This document shows positions 1 to 7,971 of a stretch of DNA of 30,793 bases, one piece after another; the first letter of the stretch is position 1; each line of letters starts with the position of its first letter. Source of the stretch: a virus (Duplodnaviria; Caudoviricetes); IMG/VR virus record IMGVR_UViG_3300044655_000685, positions 1 to 30,793 of that record; one strand, 5' to 3'. The position numbers and the translations under genes were made by a program. The notes below the pieces were generated by a model that worked only from the letters and a program-made list of their open reading frames with translations, was not told the origin of the DNA and searched no databases.

Positions 1-2
1 AA

Positions 3-278
3 GCAGTTAATTTAGATTCATGGCATGATACACGCAGCGCGGTATCTAGTTGTGACCTTGTGATTAGCTCATGTACATCTGTGAGTCATCTTGCAGCGGC
101 TATGGGTATTGAAACATGGGTAATTACGCCTGTGATGCCTTATTTTCTTTATGCGATGGAAGGTGATAAAACACCTTATTACAATTCAATGCGTCTTATT
201 CGCCAAGAAACCTATGGTGATTGGACTGCGCCTTTAAGCAATGTTTGCAATCTGTTGAAGGAAAAGTATGGCAACTAA
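3..278 (+). CDS. C-terminal part of a GT9-like (ADP-heptose:LPS heptosyltransferase-type) glycosyltransferase-domain protein, 5'-truncated by window edge
   Basis: The frame is open from position 3 (AVNLDSWHDTRSAVSSCDLVISSCTSVSHLAAAMG...TPYYNSMRLIRQ...GDW). It matches the typical DLVISxDTSVAHLAxAxG...PWYxSMRLFRQ...GDW C-terminus of TPR/GT9 proteins. Confidence 0.7.
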   Translation, partial: AVNLDSWHDTRSAVSSCDLVISSCTSVSHLAAAMGIETWVITPVMPYFLYAMEGDKTPYYNSMRLIRQETYGDWTAPLSNVCNLLKEKYGN

Positions 279-1479
279 ATATGTTGGCGGGATAATTTCT
301 AAAACCGCTCCTACGGTAACACCTCCTGTGGGTGGAGAAGGCGGCTCGGCTTCTGGTGTTTGGACAATGGAACAAGCTCTACCTTACATTAGAGCGGGGA
401 CGTGGCCACAACCTGTCACGCTTAAAGGCTTATGGGCGTGGGGTAAAAATGATTTTGGTATGTTAGGTTTAGGAAATACAACCTATTTCTCATCTCCAAA
501 ACAAGTTGGGGCATTAACTGATTGGTTATCTATTTCGACTTGTTATGTTATTTCAGCAGCAGTAAAAACCAATGGTACACTTTGGACATGGGGTAGAAAT
601 CAAGTTGGTCAGCTTGGTTTAGGGAATCTAACTAATTATTCTTCACCTAAGCAAGTTGGTGCTTTAACTAATTGGTTATCTGTATCTTGCGGGTATTATA
701 ATACGCTTGCAATAAAAGCAAATGGAACAATATGGTCTTGGGGTAGAAATAACGCTGGTCAATTAGGTCTTGGAAATACAACAAACTATTCATCTCCTAA
801 ACAAATAGGCGCGTTGGCTGACTGGGCCAGTGTTTATATGTTTGCCAGCTCTGCATTAGCGGTTAAATCTAATGGTACATTGTGGGCGTGGGGTGTCAAC
901 AATCAAGGTCAATTAGGGCTAGGTAATACCGTTTCTTATTCCTCACCTAAGCAAGTAGGGTTATTAACAGATTGGAGAGTATTATCACCAACACTAAATA
1001 GTCAAGGTATTTCGGCAGTTAAAACTAACGGTACACTTTGGACATGGGGACAAAACTCGCAAGGTCAACTTGGATTAGGTAACACAGCAGTTTATTCATC
1101 TCCTAAACAAGTCGGCTCATTAACTACATGGGATAATGTATCGTCTTCAAACAACTCTGCATTAGCGGTTAAAACTAATGGTACATTGTGGGGATGGGGT
1201 ATTAACGCAAATGGTCAATTAGGTTTAGGAAATACAACATACGCTTTTAGCTCACCTGTTCAAGTTGGAGCTTTAACAGATTGGTTATCTATTTGCTGTA
1301 GTGCTTATGCTTCAATAGGAATCAAAACAAACGGCACTTTATGGGCTTGGGGGAGGAATTTGCAAGGTCAACTTGGATTAGGTAACACAACAGCTTATTC
1401 ATCTCCTAAACAAGTCGGCTCATTAACTACTTGGAAAAAAGTATCTGCTGAGAAGGCAGTATTAGCACTCAAATCATAA
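268..1479 (+). CDS. RCC1/BLIP-II-like 7-bladed beta-propeller protein; probable virion receptor-binding/decoration protein
   Basis: Seven ~50-aa repeats of KxNGTLWxWGxNxxGQLGLGNxxxYSSPKQVG, preceded by a ~50-aa N-terminal module ending SGVWTMEQ...AGTWP. Confidence 0.85.
   Translation: MATKYVGGIISKTAPTVTPPVGGEGGSASGVWTMEQALPYIRAGTWPQPVTLKGLWAWGKNDFGMLGLGNTTYFSSPKQVGALTDWLSISTCYVISAAVKTNGTLWTWGRNQVGQLGLGNLTNYSSPKQVGALTNWLSVSCGYYNTLAIKANGTIWSWGRNNAGQLGLGNTTNYSSPKQIGALADWASVYMFASSALAVKSNGTLWAWGVNNQGQLGLGNTVSYSSPKQVGLLTDWRVLSPTLNSQGISAVKTNGTLWTWGQNSQGQLGLGNTAVYSSPKQVGSLTTWDNVSSSNNSALAVKTNGTLWGWGINANGQLGLGNTTYAFSSPVQVGALTDWLSICCSAYASIGIKTNGTLWAWGRNLQGQLGLGNTTAYSSPKQVGSLTTWKKVSAEKAVLALKS
1059..1430 (+). 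repeat. near-identical 69-nt direct repeat inside the RCC1 gene (1059-1127 and 1362-1430)
   Basis: Direct comparison gives 67/69 identical nt (G/A and T/C differences). Confidence 0.9.
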
Positions 1480-1493
1480 ACAGGAAAAAAACA

Positions 1494-1901
1494 ATGACAT
1501 TACATATTAAATTAGACGATAACAACAACGTACTGCAAGTATGGGACACACCTCCACCAGAAGGTGAAGCAGGATGGCATGATGCTATTGAAGTACGTCC
1601 AGTATTAGTTCCACATCGTCAAGGTTACACAGAGCATCGTTTTGATTTAACTAAACGCCCAATTGAAATTATTTGGGATACTTATGAAATCTCAGTTGAA
1701 GACCGTAAATCAAGCATGATTTCACAGGAAAAATCAAAGTTTCAGCAAGTGGTACAACAACAAGCACAATTACAAATCAACGACAATCCCGCAGAACAGT
1801 ACGAACCGACAGTTGTTGAAGATGCTAAAACTGCACTAATACTAAAAACTACAGTTATTGAAGCTGCAACAACACACGATGAGTTAGACGCTTTACTATG
1901 A
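1494..1901 (+). CDS. hypothetical protein, tail-fibre assembly/chaperone-like
   Basis: AGGA RBS; lies directly after the RCC1 protein; helical C-terminus ending IEAATTHDELDALL, as in phage fibre-associated chaperones. Confidence 0.45.
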   Translation: MTLHIKLDDNNNVLQVWDTPPPEGEAGWHDAIEVRPVLVPHRQGYTEHRFDLTKRPIEIIWDTYEISVEDRKSSMISQEKSKFQQVVQQQAQLQINDNPAEQYEPTVVEDAKTALILKTTVIEAATTHDELDALL

Positions 1902-2323
1902 AAATCCTTATAATGGGACTTGCAGGGAGTGGGAAAACCACTCTCGCTAAAGCTCTAGCACATAGACTAAACGCAGTGCATTTTAATGCGGATGCTGTAC
2001 GTCAAAATATCAGTAGAGATTTAGGGTTTTCCCACGCAGACCGAATTCAGCAGGCTATACGCATGAAGTTTTTATGCGACTGTGTATGTAAAGCAGGTTA
2101 CTATGCGATTGCAGATTTTATATGCCCGACAGAAGAAACACGCGATGCGTTTAATGCGGATTTCACTATTTTTGTAGACCGAAATAAAACGTGCCGGTAC
2201 GAAGATACCAACGCTATTTTTATACCACCCACCGACGCAGATGTTATTATTGCAAATGGTATGACAATTGATGAAGAAATTGAACTTATTATGAAGGTAA
2301 TTAACAATGAACAAATTACTTAA
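1898..2323 (+). CDS. cysC: adenylyl-sulfate (APS) kinase-like P-loop kinase, short form
   Basis: Walker A GLAGSGKTT, NADAVR, DLGFSHADR and DFICP..ETR motifs characteristic of APS kinases; ATGA overlap with the upstream gene. Confidence 0.75.
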   Translation: MKILIMGLAGSGKTTLAKALAHRLNAVHFNADAVRQNISRDLGFSHADRIQQAIRMKFLCDCVCKAGYYAIADFICPTEETRDAFNADFTIFVDRNKTCRYEDTNAIFIPPTDADVIIANGMTIDEEIELIMKVINNEQIT

Positions 2324-2326
2324 AGC

Positions 2327-2578
2327 ATGGAAATCCTTCAATTCATAACAGATGTTGGGTTTCCTATTGGTTCATCCTGTCTTGGGATGTACTTTGTATT
2401 TCTGACGCTAAAGTTTCTGCTTGATAGTGTGCTTGAAAAGATTAAAAGCCTTATCGGTATTATCAAGCAACTTGATAAACGAGTGACGGGGATGTCAAAC
2501 GACATCCTCAATATCGACAGTTTAGTGTCGCAGGCACTCGAAATACCACCAGAAAAACCAATCAAGAAGGTAGAATGA
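2327..2578 (+). CDS. small membrane protein (GFPI motif, YvrJ-like), putative holin-type component 1
   Basis: N-terminal VGFPI plus one hydrophobic helix and a coiled-coil-like tail; lies upstream of the endolysin. Confidence 0.5.
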   Translation: MEILQFITDVGFPIGSSCLGMYFVFLTLKFLLDSVLEKIKSLIGIIKQLDKRVTGMSNDILNIDSLVSQALEIPPEKPIKKVE

Positions 2579-2820
2579 TGGACGCTGAAGCAATTGCAAA
2601 ATATATCAATGTGTATGGCTTTCCTATCGTAGCGGCTGGGGGTATGGGGTACATCGTGTACTTTGTTTGGATTTGGGTAACCACAATAGTTAAGCCGATT
2701 CTGCAAGAAGCTACTGATGCGTTAATTGAGTTAATTGACCAGATTCGTGTGCTAGATAATGATATGATACGCCTAAGTCAAAAGCTCACTACCATACTAC
2801 TAATGAGAGGGAAGAAATGA
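2575..2820 (+). CDS. small membrane protein (GFPI motif), putative holin-type component 2
   Basis: YGFPIVAAGGMGYIVYFVWIWV hydrophobic helix and basic C-terminus RGKK; ATGA overlaps with both neighbours; Met-Met start. Confidence 0.55.
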   Translation: MMDAEAIAKYINVYGFPIVAAGGMGYIVYFVWIWVTTIVKPILQEATDALIELIDQIRVLDNDMIRLSQKLTTILLMRGKK

Positions 2821-3266
2821 AAATTGGTGTTGAAGGGTTAAAGTTAATTAAAGAGTTTGAAGGGTGCAAACTAATCTCTTATAAATGCCCAGCAGGTGTT
2901 TGGACTATTGGTATTGGCTCAACGCGCTATGCAGACGGTAGCCCCGTAAAAGCAAACCAAGCTCTCCCAAATGAAGGAGCGGCATTAATGCTACTTACTA
3001 AAACAGTAGCCGCCTACGAGCACACAGTAAATACGGTAGGTGTTGAGCTTACACAGAATGAGTATGACGCTTTAGTTTCTTTATGCTATAACATCGGCAG
3101 TGGGAACTTCGTTTCTTCAACGCTTGTCAAGATGCTTAAAGCGGGTGAGCCTAAATCAGAAGTAGCGAAGCAATTCCTACGCTGGGATAAAGCAGGCGGC
3201 AAACCACTTGCAGGCTTAACAAGACGTAGAAACGCTGAAGCTGAGTTGTTTTTAAAACAGGACTAA
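2817..3266 (+). CDS. phage lysozyme (GH24 endolysin, RrrD-like)
   Basis: Catalytic E-x8-C-x5-T in EFEGCKLISYKCPAGVWTIG; also QNEYDALVSLCYNIG and GLTRRRNAE. Confidence 0.95.
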   Translation: MKIGVEGLKLIKEFEGCKLISYKCPAGVWTIGIGSTRYADGSPVKANQALPNEGAALMLLTKTVAAYEHTVNTVGVELTQNEYDALVSLCYNIGSGNFVSSTLVKMLKAGEPKSEVAKQFLRWDKAGGKPLAGLTRRRNAEAELFLKQD

Positions 3267-3269
3267 GTA

Positions 3270-5369
3270 ATGCTTAAAAAACTCGTAGTGAAGTCAGGCG
3301 TTAACCGCGAAAATTCCCGCTACTATACAGAAGGTGGATGGTATGACTGCAACAAAATTCGGTTTCGTCAAGGCACACCTCAGAAAATAGGTGGTTGGAA
3401 TAGAATCTCTTCATCTACATTTGAAGGGGTATGTCGTTCACTATGGGCATGGGAAACGCTTGGGCAAGTTACGCTTATAGGTGTTGGAACAAATTCAAAG
3501 TTTTACATCTCTCGTGGTGGTAATTACTATGACATCACGCCTATACGCACAGCTACTAACTTAACCACCCCTTTTGCAGCTTCTAATGGGTCAGCTGTTA
3601 TTACGGTTACAGCACCTTCTCATGGCTGTGCTAACGGTGATTACGTAACTTATAACGGTGCAACTGCTTTAGGTGGAGGCGGCAATATTACCGCAGCAGT
3701 CCTCAATACTGAGCACAAGATTACATATATTAATGCTAATTCATACTCGTTTGTAGCTAGTGCAACGGCTAACAGTTCAGATACTGGGAATGGGGGAACA
3801 CCTCGGGCTGTCTATCAGATATCTGGAGGACCAGAGTATCAAACTCCTACTAGCGGCTGGGGTGCAGGTGCTTGGAGTAGTGGCTCTTGGAGTACAGGGC
3901 AGTCATCATCTGACTCACTTCGTTTATGGTCTCAGAGTAATTATGGGCAAGACTTAATTTTTGGTCCTCGTACGGGTGCGATGTATTACTATTATGCAGA
4001 CAGGGGACTTGCAAGCATTTCTGCAACAATTACGATAGCCAACCCAGCTCAAATAACTTCTACAGACATATACACTGAAGGCGCACCCATTGTATTTGAA
4101 ACTACAGGCGCTCTACCCACAAACCTTGAGACAGGGACAACGTACTACATCCGCAATTATGTTGCTGGCGTGTTTAACGTATCGGCTACGCCATCAGGCG
4201 CACTAATTCAAACAACAGGCACGCAGTCAGGCACGCAGTCTATTTCAGTACGTGCAGTAAATCTAACGACTATTAATGGTGCATCGGATGTTCCCACTAT
4301 TCAAAACTATATTACCGTATCAGACACTTTCCGCTTTGTATTTGCTTTTGGTTGTGACGATTACAGTAGCTCTACTCAAAACCCACTGCTAGTACGTTGG
4401 TCTGACCAAGAGAATGCCGCTGACTGGACACCGTCTACCACTAACCAAGCTGGGTCACTACCGCTTACTCGCGGCTCTCAGATTATTACTGCACTACAAA
4501 CACGTCAAGAGATTCTAGTTTGGACTGATTCTACGCTCTATTCTATGCAGTATTTAGGATATCCGCTTGTGTGGAGAGCGGAACTTCTAGGTGATAATAT
4601 CTCTATCATAGGACAAAATGCAGCGGCACTTGCTTCGGGTGTTACTTACTGGATGGGGCGCGATAAGTTCTATAAATACGATGGGCGTGTGCAGACTCAA
4701 AACTGCGACTTACGAGAATACATCTTTGGAGACTTTAATGCACAACAAGCAGAGCAAGTGTTTGCTAGTACTAACGAAGGGTTTAATGAAGTTTGGTGGT
4801 TCTATTGTAGCGCAGGTAGTACGCTTATCAATAAATATGCCGTCTATAATTATGCTGAAGATATATGGTATTACGGTACGATGGGTCGCACCGCTTGGCT
4901 CGACTCTGGGATTTTAGAATACCCTATTGCCGCTACCTATACTAAAAACTTAGTTAACCATGAGAGCGGACTTGACGATAATGAAACTTCAACATCTACT
5001 GCTATTCATGCTTATATCACAAGCTCTGAGTTTGATATTGATGATGGGCATAATTTTGTATTTATCCGCAGAGTGTTGCCCGATTTAACTTTTAGAGGCT
5101 CTACAACCACTAACCCAACAGCTACTCTTAGCGTAATACCTTTGATGAACGCAGGGAGTGGCTATACTGACCCAGCGTCAGTAGGCGGGAGCGATAGCGC
5201 AGCGGTAACGCGTACAGCAACAGTACCTATTGAGCAGTTTACAGGGCAAGTCTTTATCCGAGTACGTGGCAGACAGTTTTCTTTTAAGGTTGAAAATAAC
5301 CAATTAGGGTCTATGTGGCAGCTTGGTGCTATGCGACTCGATTATAAACTTGATGGGCAACGTGGATGA
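3270..5369 (+). CDS. tail hub/nozzle (P22 gp10 / tail tubular B-like stabilisation protein) with two inserted beta-rich FCCH-like domains
   Basis: 699 aa, beta-propeller-like. Contains an LVRWSDQEN..DW...TNQAG motif and a C-terminal RVRGRQFSFKV...WQLG.MRLD. Insertions TAPSHGCANGDYVTY and ITIANPAQIT...GALPTNLETGTTYYI. Confidence 0.75.
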   Translation: MLKKLVVKSGVNRENSRYYTEGGWYDCNKIRFRQGTPQKIGGWNRISSSTFEGVCRSLWAWETLGQVTLIGVGTNSKFYISRGGNYYDITPIRTATNLTTPFAASNGSAVITVTAPSHGCANGDYVTYNGATALGGGGNITAAVLNTEHKITYINANSYSFVASATANSSDTGNGGTPRAVYQISGGPEYQTPTSGWGAGAWSSGSWSTGQSSSDSLRLWSQSNYGQDLIFGPRTGAMYYYYADRGLASISATITIANPAQITSTDIYTEGAPIVFETTGALPTNLETGTTYYIRNYVAGVFNVSATPSGALIQTTGTQSGTQSISVRAVNLTTINGASDVPTIQNYITVSDTFRFVFAFGCDDYSSSTQNPLLVRWSDQENAADWTPSTTNQAGSLPLTRGSQIITALQTRQEILVWTDSTLYSMQYLGYPLVWRAELLGDNISIIGQNAAALASGVTYWMGRDKFYKYDGRVQTQNCDLREYIFGDFNAQQAEQVFASTNEGFNEVWWFYCSAGSTLINKYAVYNYAEDIWYYGTMGRTAWLDSGILEYPIAATYTKNLVNHESGLDDNETSTSTAIHAYITSSEFDIDDGHNFVFIRRVLPDLTFRGSTTTNPTATLSVIPLMNAGSGYTDPASVGGSDSAAVTRTATVPIEQFTGQVFIRVRGRQFSFKVENNQLGSMWQLGAMRLDYKLDGQRG

Positions 5370-5995
5370 GTAGTATACCTCAAGCTCCAAAAGCACCGAG
5401 TTTACCTTTTGCTACGGTGCAATATGAGAAGCAGTATATTGATCAGTTAAACAACGTACTGCGCCTATACTTCAATCAGCTTGATAACGTATTCCAATCA
5501 TTACTGAGCATAGCAGGGGGAGCTGCTTTTAAATTTCCTGTTGGTAGTTTTTATTTGACTACGCAGCAGACGATACCTGTTATAAATACAGCTTACGCCA
5601 TACCGTTTAACAATACAGCCGTATCAAACCAAGTTGCTATTGGAACAACGACCTCTCACATCGTAACAGATGTAGCGGGATATTATAACTTTCAATTCTC
5701 TGCGCAGCTGGCTAAGACGGCTGGCAGTACGATGTCTGCGTGGGTGTGGCCTAGAGTAAATGGGGTAGATATTCCTGACTCTAATACTAAGCTTCAGCTA
5801 ACGGGGTCTAGTAGTTCTGAGATGGTAGCTGCATGGAATTTTGTACTTCCAATGAATGCTGGAGATTATTTTGAGCTTTACTGGGCATCTGACCATGTGG
5901 GCGTTATAATAAAAGCAGAAGCAGCTAATTCATTCTCCCCTGCAATACCTCCTGTCATCCTTACCGCTACGTTTGTTTCAGCACTATACTCATGA
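5366..5995 (+). CDS. tail protein with N-terminal anchoring helix and C1q/TNF-like beta domain
   Basis: QLNNVLRLYFNQLDN helix, followed by AIPFN...AGYYNFQFSAQL...AGDYFELYW typical of a C1q-like jelly-roll; lies after the hub gene. Confidence 0.6.
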   Translation: MSSIPQAPKAPSLPFATVQYEKQYIDQLNNVLRLYFNQLDNVFQSLLSIAGGAAFKFPVGSFYLTTQQTIPVINTAYAIPFNNTAVSNQVAIGTTTSHIVTDVAGYYNFQFSAQLAKTAGSTMSAWVWPRVNGVDIPDSNTKLQLTGSSSSEMVAAWNFVLPMNAGDYFELYWASDHVGVIIKAEAANSFSPAIPPVILTATFVSALYS

Positions 5996-6001
5996 TATTA
6001 T
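5973..6001 (+). promoter_or_regulatory. putative sigma70-type promoter for the ejection-protein module
   Basis: TTGttt (5973-5978), 17-nt spacer, TG-a-TATTAT extended -10 (5993-6001); GGAGG RBS at 6014-6018. Confidence 0.4.
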
Positions 6002-6022
6002 TAGCTAAACTTTGGAGGTATC

Positions 6023-6451
6023 GTGAGCGATTTAGCAACCCTTGGCAATATGCCAAAAATCTTAGAATTAGAAGCCCTTATGAAGGCTATGCCACAGGTA
6101 GAGTCTCCCGCACAGCATTATCATCTGAGCGGTGTTTATTGTCGGTCTCTTTTTATACCTAAAGGCTGTTTGCTTACAGGTAAGATTCACAATCACGAAA
6201 GCATTGGTATTCTAGCTCAGGGTACACTTCGCATCACAAACGGTGAAACGTCTACAGTCGTTACCGCACCTTACATCACAGTCGATAAGCCAGGTATTAA
6301 ACGCCTAGGCTACGCTGAAACAGATTGCACATTTATCACAGTTCATCGAACTGACCTTGATAGCATTGACGCTATCGAAGAAGCGCTTGTATCTGATTCT
6401 TTTGAAGAGTACGAGCTAAAAACACAACAGTTAATTGGGGAAGGTTTATGA
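6023..6451 (+). CDS. cupin-fold phage protein
   Basis: HYHLSGVYCRSLFIPKGCLLTGKIHNHE...PGIKRLGYAETDCTFITVH pattern; GTG start with GGAGG RBS. Confidence 0.65.
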   Translation: MSDLATLGNMPKILELEALMKAMPQVESPAQHYHLSGVYCRSLFIPKGCLLTGKIHNHESIGILAQGTLRITNGETSTVVTAPYITVDKPGIKRLGYAETDCTFITVHRTDLDSIDAIEEALVSDSFEEYELKTQQLIGEGL

Positions 6452-7962
6452 GTTTTATTGCAAGTATGGTTACCGCTGCGGCTGGTGGAGGGTTATTAGG
6501 TGCTGCCGCTGGTGCTAGTGCTAGTGCCGTTGCTGGTGCTGGCTTGGGTGCTGGAGTTTCTGCTCTTACTGGTGGAGATGTTGGTGAGGGCGCTTTGATG
6601 GGCGGTATTGGTGGATTAGCATCTGGTGCTGTAGGAGCATTAGGCCCAGCGTTCCAAGGCGGAGAAGTTGCATCCAAAGTAGGTGAGCAAGCAATTCAAC
6701 AAGGTACGCAACAAGTAGCTCAAGAAGGAGTTAATCAGGCAGCTCAACAAGCAGTTCAGCAAGGTGCACAACAAGTAGCACAAGAAGGGGTTAATCAAAC
6801 AGCGCAACAAGTAGCTCAAAAAAGTGCAGAGCAATTAGCGCAAGAAGGGGTTAGTCAAACTGCTCAACAAGGTGCTGGGTTTGCAGGGTTAGGTCCCCAA
6901 GGTACAAGTGTAGTTCCAACAACAGCCCCAAATTCGCTAGGAGTAGCGGGTAATCAATCTGCGGCTAATATGCTAGGTCAGCAGTCCGTTATGAATAGTT
7001 CCTCTGGAGGTATTAGTACACTCCCAGGACAACCCGGTTTTGTTGGCCCTCCAGCAACCCCAGACCAAATAGCCAATGCTTCAGCTTACACAGATGCCAA
7101 TATGGGGACTCGCTTTCTTGCTGATTTAACAGGGCAACAAGGGAATATAGTAGGTAACACAGGTCTTAAAATGGCTGGTGGGGCACTGCAAGGCGGTGTT
7201 ATGAATGCAGGTATTAACGGTTTAGTTGCTGGCGCACAAGGTCAAGATGTTGGTGAGGCTATGGGTAAAGGTGCGCTTACTGGTGCTGTAGGCGGTGCTG
7301 CGGGTGCAGGTCTTGCTTCTATGGCTGGGTCTGGAGGTACGTTAGGCAGTATCGGTAACTTTGCTGCTAAACATGATGTGCTTGTTCCGGCTGCACTTAG
7401 TATGGGTTCAGGTATGGCACTCGATTCTGCTATGACACCTGACTTCTCACCTCCAGAACAAAAAGGTATTCGTAGTAACTATAAGTGGAACCCTAACGTA
7501 TATAAGCCTTATGGACCTCAGTTTGCAGCGGGTGGGATTACCGATTTAGATAACTATGACCAAGCACCACAAATGCAAAGCCCTGGAACGCTTGATATCC
7601 CTAACCGTAACGAAGTGTCAAACAACCAAGGTTATATGGGTGACTCTGTGCAACTGATGGCACATGGTGGTGTCTCTGATTTAGGAGGGTATTCTGATGG
7701 CGGACGACTGCTCAAAGGCCCTGGCGATGGCGTTTCTGACGATATCCCTGCTTCTATTGGCGGTAAGCAACCTGCTCGGTTGGCTGAGGGTGAGTTCGTA
7801 GTGCCTGCACGTATTGTTTCTGAATTAGGTAACGGCTCAACGGATGCAGGAGCTAAACGCTTATATCAAATGATGGACCGTATTCAGTCAGACCGTAAAA
7901 AAACAACTGGCAAAGGTAAGTTCTCAGACAACCCAAAAGCCTATAAACACTTACCAGCTTAG
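6448..7962 (+). CDS. Gly/Ala-rich internal virion (ejection) protein
   Basis: Glycine-zipper-like hydrophobic segments and Q-rich repeats. C-terminal GPGDGVSDDIPA...RLAEGEFVVPA domain of the type also seen in tape-measure/ejection proteins. Confidence 0.65.
   Translation: MSFIASMVTAAAGGGLLGAAAGASASAVAGAGLGAGVSALTGGDVGEGALMGGIGGLASGAVGALGPAFQGGEVASKVGEQAIQQGTQQVAQEGVNQAAQQAVQQGAQQVAQEGVNQTAQQVAQKSAEQLAQEGVSQTAQQGAGFAGLGPQGTSVVPTTAPNSLGVAGNQSAANMLGQQSVMNSSSGGISTLPGQPGFVGPPATPDQIANASAYTDANMGTRFLADLTGQQGNIVGNTGLKMAGGALQGGVMNAGINGLVAGAQGQDVGEAMGKGALTGAVGGAAGAGLASMAGSGGTLGSIGNFAAKHDVLVPAALSMGSGMALDSAMTPDFSPPEQKGIRSNYKWNPNVYKPYGPQFAAGGITDLDNYDQAPQMQSPGTLDIPNRNEVSNNQGYMGDSVQLMAHGGVSDLGGYSDGGRLLKGPGDGVSDDIPASIGGKQPARLAEGEFVVPARIVSELGNGSTDAGAKRLYQMMDRIQSDRKKTTGKGKFSDNPKAYKHLPA
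6691..6870 (+). repeat. 3 x 60-nt degenerate tandem repeat encoding 20-aa Q-rich units
   Basis: AIQQGTQQVAQEGVNQAAQQ / AVQQGAQQVAQEGVNQTAQQ / VAQKSAEQLAQEGVSQTAQQ at 6691, 6751 and 6811. Confidence 0.9.
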
Positions 7963-7971
7963 GAGACATAG

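Noticed and set aside
1059-1430. Diversity-generating retroelement TR/VR pair in the RCC1 gene
   Set aside because: Both copies are in-frame coding blades, the mismatches are not adenine-specific (one is T/C), and there is no reverse transcriptase in the window.
430-1440. CRISPR-like array from the ~150-nt periodic repeats, with the Cas4-like nuclease as a cas gene
   Set aside because: The repeats are degenerate protein-coding units, and the nuclease sits in an ordinary phage replication module.
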